A stretch of DNA of 64,000 bases. Source: Chrysomallon squamiferum (Eukaryota; Animalia; Mollusca). Below the pieces are notes generated by a model. The model was not told the DNA's origin. It saw only the letters and a program-made list of their open reading frames with translations, and did no database searches. Numbering within the stretch: position 1 is the stretch's first letter; each line of letters opens with the position of its first letter. The stretch lies in NCBI GenBank assembly GCA_012295275.1, contig CM022670.1, positions 30,008,001-30,072,000 of the forward strand, given 5' to 3'. Shown here piece by piece: positions 12,650 to 26,040 of this stretch. The position numbers and the translations under genes were made by a program.

Positions 12650-13569
12650 TTGTGTGTATGTATATATATATATATGCTTTAGAACGATTAAACGTTACAG
12701 TATTCAGACACGTAAAAAGGATAAGAAGAAAAATAGAAGGGGAAAAAAAAGAAACCTCATTGGACAGAAAATATATTTAAAAAGACATTAAAATAATTAA
12801 AAAGTCAAAGCTGTTGTGATACGGTGTAATAATTTAATGCGAATGTGAGAGAGATAAAGTGAAAAAAGACAGACAGGTAACAACAGAAGGAAGGAGGGAG
12901 GGAGGGAGGGAGGGAGGGAGAGAGAGCAGAGCCTTAGAGACCAATTCAGAACCAGAGACAGAACAAGACGTGGACTATAACTTAGCAATAGAAAAACACT
13001 ATATTCTTTTCTTTTTTTACGATATCAATTATTAACAAGTAACAAAATGTCACAGCAGCAAGATCAACCAGCTGGTACCGAGGTGATGAAATAAGAATTA
13101 TCAATATCTGTGAAGAGATTTTAATAGGCCAGGTCAAAACATTATGGCGTCTTTGTTGATGACATGAGTGTAAGGCATTTATACATGCTATGCTCATCAC
13201 ATATTTAATGGAAATCTTGTTAGAGAGCGGAGGTTGATTTTCCAGTGCAGGCATGCTTTTATCAGATGTTGACAAATTGGCTTATCGTTATCGATATTTC
13301 AAAATATAGGCCATCTGGAAAGGACAGTGGCATTTTATCAAAATGCTTCTAATGAAGACCGAACGACTTATCAAGATATACTGACAGAAATAAAGTAGGG
13401 AACGATCTTTTTGTTATAGCAAGAGAATTTTTGTTATGTGACTCGCACGGAATTATTAAGGGAAGAATAAAATAATGCCCATATCATGGCATATGTTTAA
13501 TTTTCATAATTTCTTCAGGCTAATTTCTTCATGCCAGACTAAACATATCATTGAAAATGACTGGCCAAA

Positions 13570-13612
<43 letters not shown>

Positions 13613-13822
13613 AGTAATAAATAAATAAAAATGAATAAATAACTGTCCCCCCCATAAAAAGCAACAGCAAACAAACAACAACAAAATAATGATGACAGTA
13701 ATAATAATAATAACAACAACAATAATAATAATAACGAACATATTTAGAAATTTAAAAATAACCAATATTTCAATCAATAAATCTTAATCTCAATTCCACA
13801 GAGAAACAACTCGGACAAAGAA

Positions 13823-13832
<10 letters not shown>

Positions 13833-13899
<67 letters not shown>
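13833..13899. repeat. (AG)n microsatellite
   Basis: Perfect dinucleotide run. Confidence 0.98.
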
Positions 13900-13902
<3 letters not shown>

Positions 13903-14682
13903 TGTGAGGAAACATTATAAGTATTTATTAAAAATATATAAAACTTCTTTTAATTGTAAGCAAAAAATTAATTGAAAAATTAAAAAAATCTAGCATTATT
14001 GATGTAAAATGATGACAGTTTGTTATTATTCTTTCAGAATGAATTAAACTTTATGCACTAATAATTTTGTAGAAAAATATCCATACGTCAAGAAGGTTAT
14101 CGGAAAAAGCAGTTTTGTTAAACAAATAAAATGGCAAAAAAAAATATACAACAAAATATAATTTACGCTGAAAGATTTTAAAAGCTGGTGTGTACACGTA
14201 TTGATTCATTTATTTCAAAAGCAGAACACATCAATTTTAAAGGTATTTAAATGTCATCGAATCTTGCGTTTTACTATTTTTTCTATTGACGTTTGGGAGT
14301 ATACTTTTAAGTTCACGAGATAAAAAAAAAAGTGTATTTAAAAGTCACGCAACAGTATGGCGAAGGCGAAAATCGTTCAATAGCAAAAGAATAATAAAAT
14401 TATTGAAAGGGAAATTACACCTAATCTGACTTTGAAGAACTCCCAATTTGCAACCTTTCTACATTCTTGTCTCATCCATCGAATTTCACAGTCAAAGGTA
14501 GCGTGCAATAAAGAATCGATCTGTAAGTAAAAGACGAATAAATAATATAATTTTATAGTTAAAATTGATTTGCCTGAGAACAACATTAAAGTGATGTGAC
14601 CTGTAACTGAAAATTAAATTGAATTTTGAGAAGCGTTATAAAATTTAAATTCATAAATTCAACAGAAAGTTAGAGTAAATCT

Positions 14683-14685
<3 letters not shown>

Positions 14686-14753
<68 letters not shown>
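14686..14753. repeat. (CT)n microsatellite
   Basis: Perfect dinucleotide run. Confidence 0.98.
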
Positions 14754-14756
<3 letters not shown>

Positions 14757-14834
14757 CTGTCTGTCTCTCTCTCACTCAAAGAAAGAAGAAGAAAAAAAAG
14801 AACAACAATAAAATTAAAATAAAAACTTTATTGT

Positions 14835-15115
14835 AGATCTGAAACAGTTCAAATTATTTTACCTATCGCTGTACATAAGATAATTTTATCACCTTCATAC
14901 ACGCCTAGAACTGTTAAGATTAATATTTTAAACCTAAACAGAACAATTTAAGTTACATTACCTGTTAAAAGTTTATTGCGTACCTATCTGCTTAGAACAC
15001 TTTAAACTGTAGTACCTGTTTGTCTTTCTAGAACAATTTAAATTTGATTACCTTCCTACATGCTTAAAACAGTTTAAATGTATTATCTACCTACTTGCCT
15101 AGAAAAGTTGAAAGT
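14835..15115. repeat. Degenerate minisatellite, ~37-38 bp unit (approx. CTAGAACAGTTTAAATTATATTACCTACCTGT)
   Basis: Repeated agaaca(g/a)tttaaa...ttacct motifs. Confidence 0.7.
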
Positions 15116-15778
15116 TTAAGATTACATCAACTTCTGCTCTAAATCACTATTATAAACAAATGTGTCTAGTTACAGAACGGCTGCTTGCTGTTGTAACGGT
15201 CCTTCTGTGTGAATACTTGCATGAAGAAGGTTAGTGATTGAGGCAATATACCTTTTTTTTAAATCGTATTTTTCTTTTTTAATGCTTTGTTTAGTTTAAA
15301 ATCGACATGTATAGATAGACAAGTATGTGTGTACACACACGCACATTCATCCGTGTATCCACATAAAATATAGAAATATCCGCACATCCATACACATGTA
15401 CATATTTGTTGATGGCTGGAATACTAAATGTGTTTCACAGTAAGCTAAGTGATAATTGCGTGATCTAATTAAAACAGCAATGGCCGACCAATTCGGCAGC
15501 TTCTAAGGAATCAATTTCCGGTTTTCCGTCTGCTGAAAACACGGAGAGTTGCCAGGACTTGAATTTTGTATAATGGCTGATCAGTTTATTTTTGTCACTA
15601 AGCCATGCACTCAGACAGAGTTCTGCAATTTTCTGTTTTTCTGTTTTTCTTTTCTTCTTTACGGTATTTTACTTTACACTATACTTTATCATTCAGGATG
15701 GGCTAGTAGGCTTAGGTTCTCTCAATCGTCAGTGTGTATTTATACGAAGACAATAATAATTAAAACAAACAAACAAAT

Positions 15779-15821
<43 letters not shown>

Positions 15822-16309
15822 GTAGTAATTATAATAATAATAAATAAATAAATAAATAAATAAATAAAAAAGGAAGAAGAAAAAAGGTCTTCTTAAGTCA
15901 ACAATCTTTCGTTTTAAAATTACTAAAAATAAAAAGAAGCTTTCGTTTAATGTTATGTGCTGGTTTTCTTTTCCTTCTTTCTTTCTTTTCTTTTTTCATT
16001 CTTGTGTATGTGTGTTCAACGCCCAGAAATTAAACAGCTTTTCACTTAGTACTCCTAAGGTCAAAACAGAGCTGAAATTATATTTGTTAAATATGTTTGT
16101 GCTTTTCTAATGATCCTTCAGGAATATGCACAAAACATACTAAATTGAAAAAGAACGACGGGCCTGTTGCACAAACACTATTCGCAGGAGATTCAATTTT
16201 TACAAACAAATAATCTTCCTAAAAGTTGAATTTCATAAACATTATTTTGTATTTTTCTTTCTGAAAGATACCAAGAAATAATTGATTTAGCAATGTTGAA
16301 TTTATTCTG

Positions 16310-16990
16310 AACAAAATACCTAAATATTCTGTCGTAATCCTGAAATAATCTGAATCGTTTGTACAAACACATTTCAGTATTTTCTCTTTATCAGTCTGAA
16401 TATTATTTCTTTATAATACTCAGTAATTTGTATAGAACTCACTTGAATACTTTTTTTTATATGAGTCTGAATAGTGTTTACGAAACTAACTAGTTAAATA
16501 TTTGTTGCTGTATAACTCCAATAGTTTTTGTACAAAACTCACTTTAATATTATTTCTTTATGCGTCTGAATACATTATTTGTTTATAACTCTTATTTGTA
16601 CAAAAATTTCTGAATAAAACTTAATAATTCGCATAAAACTTACTTTAATATTATTTCTTTATAATAGTGAATAATTTGTACAAAACTTTCTTCTTTATAA
16701 ACCCAAATAGCTAGCATAGGTACTTGAATACTATAATCTTTTTGGATCTGAATAGAATTTACATTCACATCTCACTTGAATATATAAATAAAGATAATCA
16801 TTATGAAGATAAATAATTTGTACAAACTTCGTTTGTTTAATGAAATAATTAAATGGACAGTAGCATGCTGTTAGAATTTGATTCATTTTTAATATTAGCC
16901 CTGTTTATTAGTTGTAAACTTTAAATCATTTGTATATTTTGTAATTAAATCTGAATAATCTACATATCAAACGTAAGTGAATTTTCTTCA
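16310..16990. repeat. Degenerate minisatellite, ~43-45 bp unit (approx. TCTGAATAATTTGTACAAAACTCACTTGAATATTATTTCTTTATAA)
   Basis: Repeated tttgtacaaaact, tctgaata and aatattatttcttta motifs. Confidence 0.8.
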
Positions 16991-18115
16991 AATAACTTGT
17001 AGTTTCAGAAATATCGGATCAATGAAATGGACTATGATTTGAACAAATCAGACGAAAACTGGTTAATCTCAAGATTCAGCAGAATCGTCGTGTGTTTTCA
17101 TTTGAGTGATTTGGTCGTCTTTTCGCAACGATGTGTAGACCTCTCCTTGTAAAGACTTGCTTTAAATTCATCGCGGCCACCAACAAGTGGATTGTTGATG
17201 AGCAACGAGAGAGCCATGCCACTTAGTGAAGAGATTTGTATGTGGGCGTTTTCTAGATATATATCAGCTGACGTTACTTCATCTGAATGATCTGCAGTTG
17301 TCTAGAACTTTCCATACTTCTTGTTTCTCTTTCGTTGTTTATTTATATAGCTTTGTTTTAGTAGCAGACATTTCTTACTGTTACTGATAGAGAGTAAGAC
17401 ATCTTGTTAAAACTGATCTTAATGTCTTGAACATTACAACTGTCATCTTGTCTATTATATTAGTGACTGACTGACTGACTGTCTGATTATCTGTCGCTCT
17501 GTTTTCTCTTTCACTCCGTCTATCCATTTTTGTGTTTTATCTCTTTCATTTTCACTCGGACTATCTCTCGTTTTCACTGTCTCTGCCTCTGATTCTGCCT
17601 CTGATTCTGCTTCTGTTTCGTTCTTTTTCTCTCTCTATCTATCTAATTATTTTCCCTTACCTCTCTCCCTCTAACTCACAAAACACAGATTTGAATACTC
17701 ACCTTTATATCTCTAACTACTAAACACATCATCTTAAAAAAGGAAAAGATCTGATGATTTTCTTAATTTATTGGTTCGTCTTGATTAACGAAGCTAAAAT
17801 CCATGTTTGCATGGGTCTTTCTTTCCTTGTCTATATTTTCCTTAAGGACAGTACGATACGTACAGAAGTACTGTTCAAGAAACGAAAGCATTTTTATTAC
17901 AACAAAGAATTTTATAGCACATGGGTTAGACCGTTCTGATTGTATCAATTCTTATTTCCAAGCATGGAAATACTTGTGATATCAGTATGATTCGTGATTC
18001 TAAAATGTAATTGCTTTGTGGATTATTCGTTTTCTTTATGCTTACAGAACTGTTTTCTTATGAAACTAAAGCTATGTATATATATATATATCAAAATAGC
18101 AATAATAATAATTAA

Positions 18116-18174
18116 GAAATAAAATAAAATAAAATAAAATAAAATAAAATAAAATAAAATAAAATAAAATAAAA
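18116..18174. repeat. (AAAAT)n pentanucleotide microsatellite
   Basis: Perfect run. Confidence 0.97.
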
Positions 18175-19707
18175 ATCTTATTTATTCAATAGCTTCTTTT
18201 TTTTGTCTTATAAATATGGTTTCTTATGATAACCGAAATCTTAGATAAACTGAATTTGGCTCTCTTGATTTACGTATATTTAAAAATATGTTTTCTAAAG
18301 AAAGTAAAGCTAAGAATTACTCATAGAATCAGCTAAAATCGTAACCACAAAAAACTGACATTTATTCTAAAGTTTTATTAGGAAGTTCACTCCAAATTTC
18401 AGACATACTGAATATATTATTTCAAGCAGGCCCTCGAAAGAAACAATAAGCACTTTGAATTTTGTAAATTGGATAAATAGTTTGTGAGCTACGTCAAATC
18501 AAAGATGCTAAAATGCCCGATTTTTGAGAAACAGTTATCCAGTAATTACGTTCCTATTGAAACAAAGGTGGCACCAGAAATATCAAATTTTTGCTGTTCT
18601 TGTACATTTAAGTTTCTAGTTTCAACAATTTTTATCCAATTGTTGTCAAATTTTGTATATATTAAAACAAAGACTATCAACATTTTATTATCCAATTTAA
18701 TGACCTTGATCTTTTTACATATAATATAGAAACGCACGCACCCATCTCTCAACAAATTTATATATAGTTGATCCCCACTTAATAAATAATTATGTATTGT
18801 ATAGAGTATACAGCATACTAAATATTATATTTGATTTTAATAATAAAAAGTGTAATAATGTAAAACCAATAGACGAATGAATTGTTTCTAGCCCCTACAA
18901 GTACAATGGAACTAACAACCCAATACCCCTAACAAACATGGAATAAATTTGCCCGCCATTTTGAAAGAGAGAAGCGGAGAGTTTATTATAGTACTGAAGG
19001 GGGTTAATATTTTCAAAAATTACGCTAAAATTGTATTAATATCATAAAATAAACAGCATTAAACAAAATTAGATTTTGCATCTGTAAACCATCAGTTATT
19101 ACATAATGGAAACAGCAATTAATCATCTTCTGAATTATATAAGCTATTTTCATTACTGCAGAAGGAAAATACGTCATTTTAGTATTTGTTCGTCGTGCGT
19201 TCGGGATATCGGTTCAAAAACTGTGCAAGTAGTACTTCAGCCCTACATTATTTTGATCTGGAACTAATATATACTTGTTCAGAAGATGTTTATTTACATA
19301 ACAGGAATAGTGATATCAATTTAATTACATTTTATTCCACGACAAATTCGTTTATTCCAGATTTTATCGAGCGATTATAGGGTAAAAATGACGTTGTTTT
19401 CACTATGATAACGTAATGCAGACAAGATTTTTCATCAAAATGAATACTCACTGGTTTATTTGTATGGACGGGCTGAAGGCATAATCGTTTGCTGAAGTGA
19501 ACGGGTTCTTGGCCGCACAAAACAAAACGCGCGTATCGATTAACTCACTGTTTTATTTGTTTTATATATCTAAAACACAGCATTAATAACACGACACAAT
19601 TACTGTAATATATTTTAATGACATTTAATGACCATGTGTTAATTTCTGTAAATAATATTAAAGCTCATTATGTACAATTTCAATTGAAAATGATGAACTG
19701 TTATCGG

Positions 19708-19762
19708 TAAAACAAAGGAATTCGCCTAACATCATCTGGGTTTAGCGAACTCCCTCGTTTTA
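19708..19762 (-). ncRNA. Candidate pre-miRNA-like hairpin, or a sub-terminal palindrome of a decayed non-autonomous DNA element
   Basis: Minus strand TAAAACGAGGGAGTTCGCTAAAC-CCAGATGAT-GTTAGGCGAATTCCTTTGTTTTA: 22 of 23 positions pair (4 G-U), 9-nt loop. Confidence 0.3.
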
Positions 19763-22700
19763 TGCATACTTGGTAAAAAAATCAAATTTTCAGCTTGTCT
19801 TGGATATAATTCCATGCAGATGATACTTCTGTAACACAGCTTAATAAGAATTTTTTTTTTCTGGTTTGTATATTTTTTATAATTAAGATTGTAACAGCGA
19901 GAGAATCGGGAAAGTTTTGTTTGCTAAGAAGCTTTTTCTTTTGCTGCCGAGACGGCTTATTAAAATATTTATAACGAAAAAAAAGAGTAAAATAATAATA
20001 ATAAAAACTAAAAAAACAAACAATAAAAACAGCAATAAAAAAAAAAATTAAATTAACAAACTAATAAAAGTAAATAAATAGGTAAATACATTTAAAAACA
20101 AAAAAAATAACAAATTAATTACAAAAAATAAAAAAAATAAAAAACAACAACAACGAAACCCACTCCCACCAAAAACAAAACCGAAGCAGAGAAACAGAAA
20201 AAAACCCCGAAAAAAACAAACAACAACAACAATAACAACAACAAAAAAACCTAATTAAAAGTATAAAAACAGTAGTTATAAATAATTATGTCAAAATAAA
20301 ATAAAATGGAGCAAAATTAAATTATATAATAATTAATAATAAATTACGGAAGAAGATATAATTCCAACATGCCATATTAATTAATATCTTTTCTTCTTAG
20401 CTTTAATTAAGAAAAATATATTGAAATGTATGGAAAGAAAGTCTGCCAGGCTGGAGAATTTATTCAACAGTTATGCTTTAGTGAAATAACTTTGAAGCCG
20501 TAACTCATCGACTTCCGATAAACCTTTGTTTGGCTACATAATAATCAACACACATGTACGGTATGAACTATTTATATAGTTAATTAAAAGTTCACCAGGG
20601 ACAGTGAATATCCAGATGTGTGATTTGCGTGACAGTATACATATCTAATTACTGTGTATCATTAAACATTATGGCTTCTTTGCATGTAGAGAAAATTCAG
20701 TGATAAAACTGGAGTAGACCAAAGAATGAAAATGTAACTAATTTGTAAATCCTTGTCTCTCTCCCTCCCTCCCTCCCTTCTTCTCCCGCTCTCTCTATCT
20801 TTGTCTGTCTGTCTCTCGCTCTATGACTGTTTCTCTCTGTTTTTCTCTTTCTCTATCTTTCTACGTATGGCACTTTGTATCACTTTAAGTGTCACTGCGT
20901 AACCTTTATATTTTGTGACACTTTCTAAGACATCGTGAAAAACCCCGAAAAACAACTATACAATCTAAAATGCAATCAGAATGTAACCAAAAAAAAACCC
21001 AGTTAAAACAGTTTTATCCACATGTCTATAAAATCTGAACAAAACGTCTTCATATTTGGTTACAATCTGATGGAAATAGAAATTATTTCTTAATGTCGTG
21101 CATACTTCAGATTAAGACAAGCATCAAACTCGGTAGCAAAGAAAAACAGAAAACGTACATTCAGCTTTGTTGAGGATTCTTCAAGCAGTTAGCAATTAGA
21201 TATTAGATAACAGGCTTCAGCATAAAAACCAAAAGAAGCAGGGTCGCAATTCTTGAATTCGTATACTAAATAAAAATGCTAGGGATATTATAAAACATTC
21301 GTAGTTCTAACTGTCCAGTACAAAACGAGTCACTTATAATAAAGTATGTATTTTGATAGTTCCCGAAATATTAGTGGTTGAACATTCGAAGTCTCCATAA
21401 TCAGGTTTTGGAATGTCCTTTGTTCCATGTTCCTTAGTAACCATTATTCGATATTCATAAAACCTGACCTTGTCCTACGAGGTTCAGTAAAAAGTATTCC
21501 AATGAGTGAGGACAATTTCTGTTTTGCTTTTTAAACATATTAAAGAACACGTTTGCTAAACGATAATATTTACCCAAAGGATACGATTCAGTGAAAAGCA
21601 AAATTATTTTACAAACTTTTTTGTCTTGTCTTTCTCACACCACACAGTAATTGCAGAGATCAGTTTGTCGACACAGTATTGAAATATACTTTACTGATTT
21701 CTAAACTTTTTTGTTCACTATATTTCATTTTGCACTAATCTTGGTCAAGCGGTGTATTATTTTCATGTTTTCACTTAACAAAAAAAAAAAAAATAATAAT
21801 GATAATAATAATAATAAAAAAAAAAATAATAATAATGATAATAAAATAAGCACAGATACATACATGCAAAAAGCTTTATTGCAGAAACTGATCAATAAGC
21901 ATTTTGTACTAAATCTGCTCAGTAATATTCTTTGAAGCAGATATACAAAATGTTAATTGTTAAAGCAAAAGGTCAAATTATTTAGAATATTGTAAGCCAT
22001 TGAAATCAGCTGGACTGGAACTGTTTTAATAGCTTCGTCGAAGACATTATTTCAGAGCAAATAGTTTGTCTCTGTGTTTGTGTGTGTTTGTGTGTATGTG
22101 TGTGATTGTGTATGTGTTGTATGTAGGTACGTTCGTGTGTATTTATATACATACGCACATGCACAAACAAATCTAACCGAAAATCACACATAACACACAC
22201 ACACACAATCGTGTTTATTTATTTTTAAAGGTAGCAAAACCATTTTTTATACATATAATCCATATTTCTGAACAATATATCCTTTATTTCTTTTTTCTTC
22301 TAAAAGTTGCAAATACCTTGCAACGATGGCAGTATTTGATTCTTATTCGCGAATTTATTTGTAAAAAAAACACACCAAAAAGCAAAAGCATACGATTTTG
22401 AAAAGAACCTTCTCTCCATAATAATCATGTCGTTCTACAGGCCACTTTGCTAATGAAAATCTCGGTTAATCGCAAACCTTGCAGCAAAGAAAACAAAAGA
22501 AAATAAACATCCACGTGTGGAATTTTTGGTTACAGAAGAAGAGAACATGAGGTTTATCTATCAAGATTACTTTCTGTTACAAATGGTGTCAAAACGAAAC
22601 GTGACTTGGGTTATCAAAGCAGTGGTCATTATAACTGCATCTTTAAATAACTAACATGTGAGCAATCACGACCGTTGGATGTAACAAACTCCAAGGAACA

Positions 22701-23681
22701 CATTTTACGAACATGTAAAGTAACGCGTATTTTGAATCAAAGATGCTACCTTCTTTAAAAGAATCAGTTCTATGGAATCAGATGGACTAGTTGGTGAATT
22801 CATTTAGGCGTTTATTTAATAGGTATTGTTATCGCTAGAAAGATAATACTTTTAGACAAATGCTGACAGTGAGTAATATTGGAGATTCTCTGCGACTGTG
22901 AAGTCCTAAACATTTATTATTATTAATATTTTTAACTTAGAACTAAATCGTCTGTGACTCACTGTAGACAGATGAAAACAGAGTCATGCTGACTGAACAG
23001 TTCTTGGACTTCCTCTGACCTTGTGTAATGCGGTTACACTAAATTAATAAAAATATGTCAGGAATTAACACCGATATTCTCTCGACGCGCGAATGCTGCT
23101 GATTTCGTCATTCGGTGGTTAAGTCAGTGGCATCATGTGCCGAGCAGATATAGTTTATTTATTTCTGCTTAGACAACTGTCAATAACAATCAGCTTCAGT
23201 GGTAAACACAGTCTTAATGATGTTTCAGCGAAAACTAAACAGATGTATTCAGAATAAAACCCTGTTGCCGTACAAGAAACAATAAATGGTCATTAGAGAG
23301 AAATCATTGCTAGATTATATGAATACACAACTGACACGAAGTTTTAAGGATCTGATAAAAACAAACCAACGTAACAACAACATCATCAACGACGACTGTA
23401 ATAGCAACAACATCAATAATAATAGTAATAGTAATAACAATGACAATTATAATAATTATAATAATGATAATAAAAATGATGATGGTAACTGTGATGATGG
23501 AAGACAATAATAATAATAATAATAATAATTTACTATATTTACTGTAAAATTAAAAATTTAGTAATTAAAATTGTGTTTTGTGATTCAGCATAATTTTTAT
23601 TTCAAATTACATATACGAATCTCTAAAAGCCAACATCCAGCGCATTTTAAGTAAAAATAGTAATCACCACATTAAGACTGT

Positions 23682-23724
<43 letters not shown>

Positions 23725-25499
23725 AATATATACATAGACACACTGAATTAATTAAAAGTCTGTCAATACATTGCTGAGTAAACGATAATTTTTTATTTAT
23801 AATTTATTAATATACTTTTTTTTTCTTCTGTTTAGTGATAATTTGTAATAGACTTATAAGGAGCTGTGTAGAAAATAATCTACATGCATTACGTTTGGAA
23901 ATCACAGATAAAGGAAAACAGCATCCACATTCTTAATGCTCAAATAAAATAGCTACATATGTACTTACGGTTATTTTATGTATGCGTATATTATATCTGA
24001 ATATGTTTCTGTCTGTCTGTATGTACATATCTGTCGGTGTGTTTATATGGTATGTATATATGTATATGAATGTATGACAGAATCTTCCAATAAATGTGTT
24101 TTGATCATGACCGTGCTTTTGATGAATGTCAAATGGTCTTCTTAAATGGTAAAACTAAAATAAAAATAAAAATAATAAAAAAAATAACTGTATTGTCTAA
24201 ATCACGTATTTGGGTTATGCCAAGTCACTCCAGTAATAATTGATTTCCAAACCAAAAAGTTCCAACCTCTCTCTTTCTGACATTGTTACAAAACTTGAAA
24301 GACGTTCAGACGTTAACGCATGGTAAGTACTGTGTGCAATTTTAATATTATAAATATCTGTTTGGAATCGATCACAGCAACAGCATTCATCTTGTCACTG
24401 GTGCAGTCAGACGCGCAGTAACATAATACACAGATTACAGAACAATCAATCAAACAAAGAAAAAAAGAAATCGCTCAGTTTAATGTAATTTTGTATGTAC
24501 TTCATATTAACATCAGTTTAGTGGACAGTACAGAAGTTTATTACCCAACCGAACGACGTTAACTTTTCTATCTCCGACTTATTGATTAATAATACTTGCT
24601 GCAAATAAACAAACTTTAACATATTAAGTCTAATAAAGATGCGTGCATTATTGTTTGAATTGTTTTCCTTCCTGTTAATTGTTATTTTTTATTTGCCCGT
24701 TCGGAGACAGTTTTTTAATTTTTTACATTATTTCGAATGCTTATTTTCCTGTAATAGCTAAACTAACTGCACGTTATGATTCTGTAATTTTTTCAAAGGT
24801 TCCATTCTATTATTATTTGTCAAATGTACTTTAAAATCAAACTTAGTGTTCTAAACATATATAAATGCTACAAATACATTACCCCCAAAAAACAAAAAGT
24901 AATCAAGGAATCAAGTACCCCCAAAGAAGCGAAAAACCAACAAAACAACAACACCAACAACATCAACAACAGCAACAACAACAACATAATAACAATAATA
25001 ATAATGATGATGATGATGATGATGATGATAATGGTAAGTGTGTAAAATGAAATATAAAGAAATAATATGAAAAATTATTTAAATTAAAACATCCATCAAA
25101 CGAAAAGCAATACTTCACTTGTTGTTTCTTTATATAGCAAATACGACAGGTCTTTCGAAACACAGCATCAACAATAATATTTTAATTTTTATCATAAATC
25201 ATAGAATAGGAGATATTTTAAAAAAGAAATTAACTCATCTTGCTCATAAGACAAACTACGTTTTTCACTTTTAAATGTCTGCATCTGCTACAACGAGTTT
25301 ACAAATGTCTAACAATTGTTTAGTGTTTAAAACACATACACATACAATTTGTGCCTTTGATGATATGCTATGCATGTTCTGTGTATAATCATGTAAGTTT
25401 TCTCTTTTATTTCATGAATCATTTCTTCTTTGCTGAGGTAAATGCATAAAGTTTGTATCAAAGCAAATAACCTTACTTTTAGAAATAGCTCATACATTC

Positions 25500-26040
25500 T
25501 CATTATTTCCGTGAAAACAACAATCTTTGGCAATCCGATCACCTGTGGCCTGAAGCTCGCAGATTGTAATTTTAAGACAGAAATATCCACGGATAATGCA
25601 CCTCTTCTCGCCGAACAGGCCTCCGATTATAACCAATAATGCATTCTGACACCACTAATAACCTATTTTTTAACATTCAACGAGTATTTCGCGCAATTAT
25701 CCCAAATAGGCGCAGCATACAATGGTGCGGCGGTTATCATGAAAACCACGATTAGATTTCCCATCTGGATGGGATATTAAGAATCCATTTTGGTCAGCTC
25801 GTTTGCCGGTGAACGCTTTCGAACGGCCCATCTAGCGCGTGTGTTGTAAAGATCTCTAAACTTTAGAAACCCTGTGTTTAACGTGTAATTAATATGGCGG
25901 CCTGGAAGATCAACTGCTTGAGAAGAGTTGTTATATGTGTTTGATGAGACCATAGATAACGTTGCCCTTCGTAATTTGACCGGCACCGTACTAATAAGCG
26001 AAGACGGATTCTGCCGTAGCTAATGGTCGTCGATCGGAGA
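25500..26040. promoter_or_regulatory. CpG-rich unique island, promoter/enhancer-like
   Basis: Among the highest local CpG/GC densities in the window (by eye). YY1-type AATATGGCGGC at 25891-25901. No credible ORF. Confidence 0.4.

Noticed and set aside
18430-19007. Possible decayed DNA-transposon relic ending in GGGGGTTAA, containing CCCGCCATTTTG
   Set aside because: The texture is suggestive, but I could not find a matching left terminus.
19342-19384. ACAAATTCG...TAGGGTA resembling the miR-10 reverse complement
   Set aside because: The two parts are separated by about 25 extra bases and there is no hairpin. Similar seed-only matches to let-7*, miR-124, miR-2 and bantam were also rejected.
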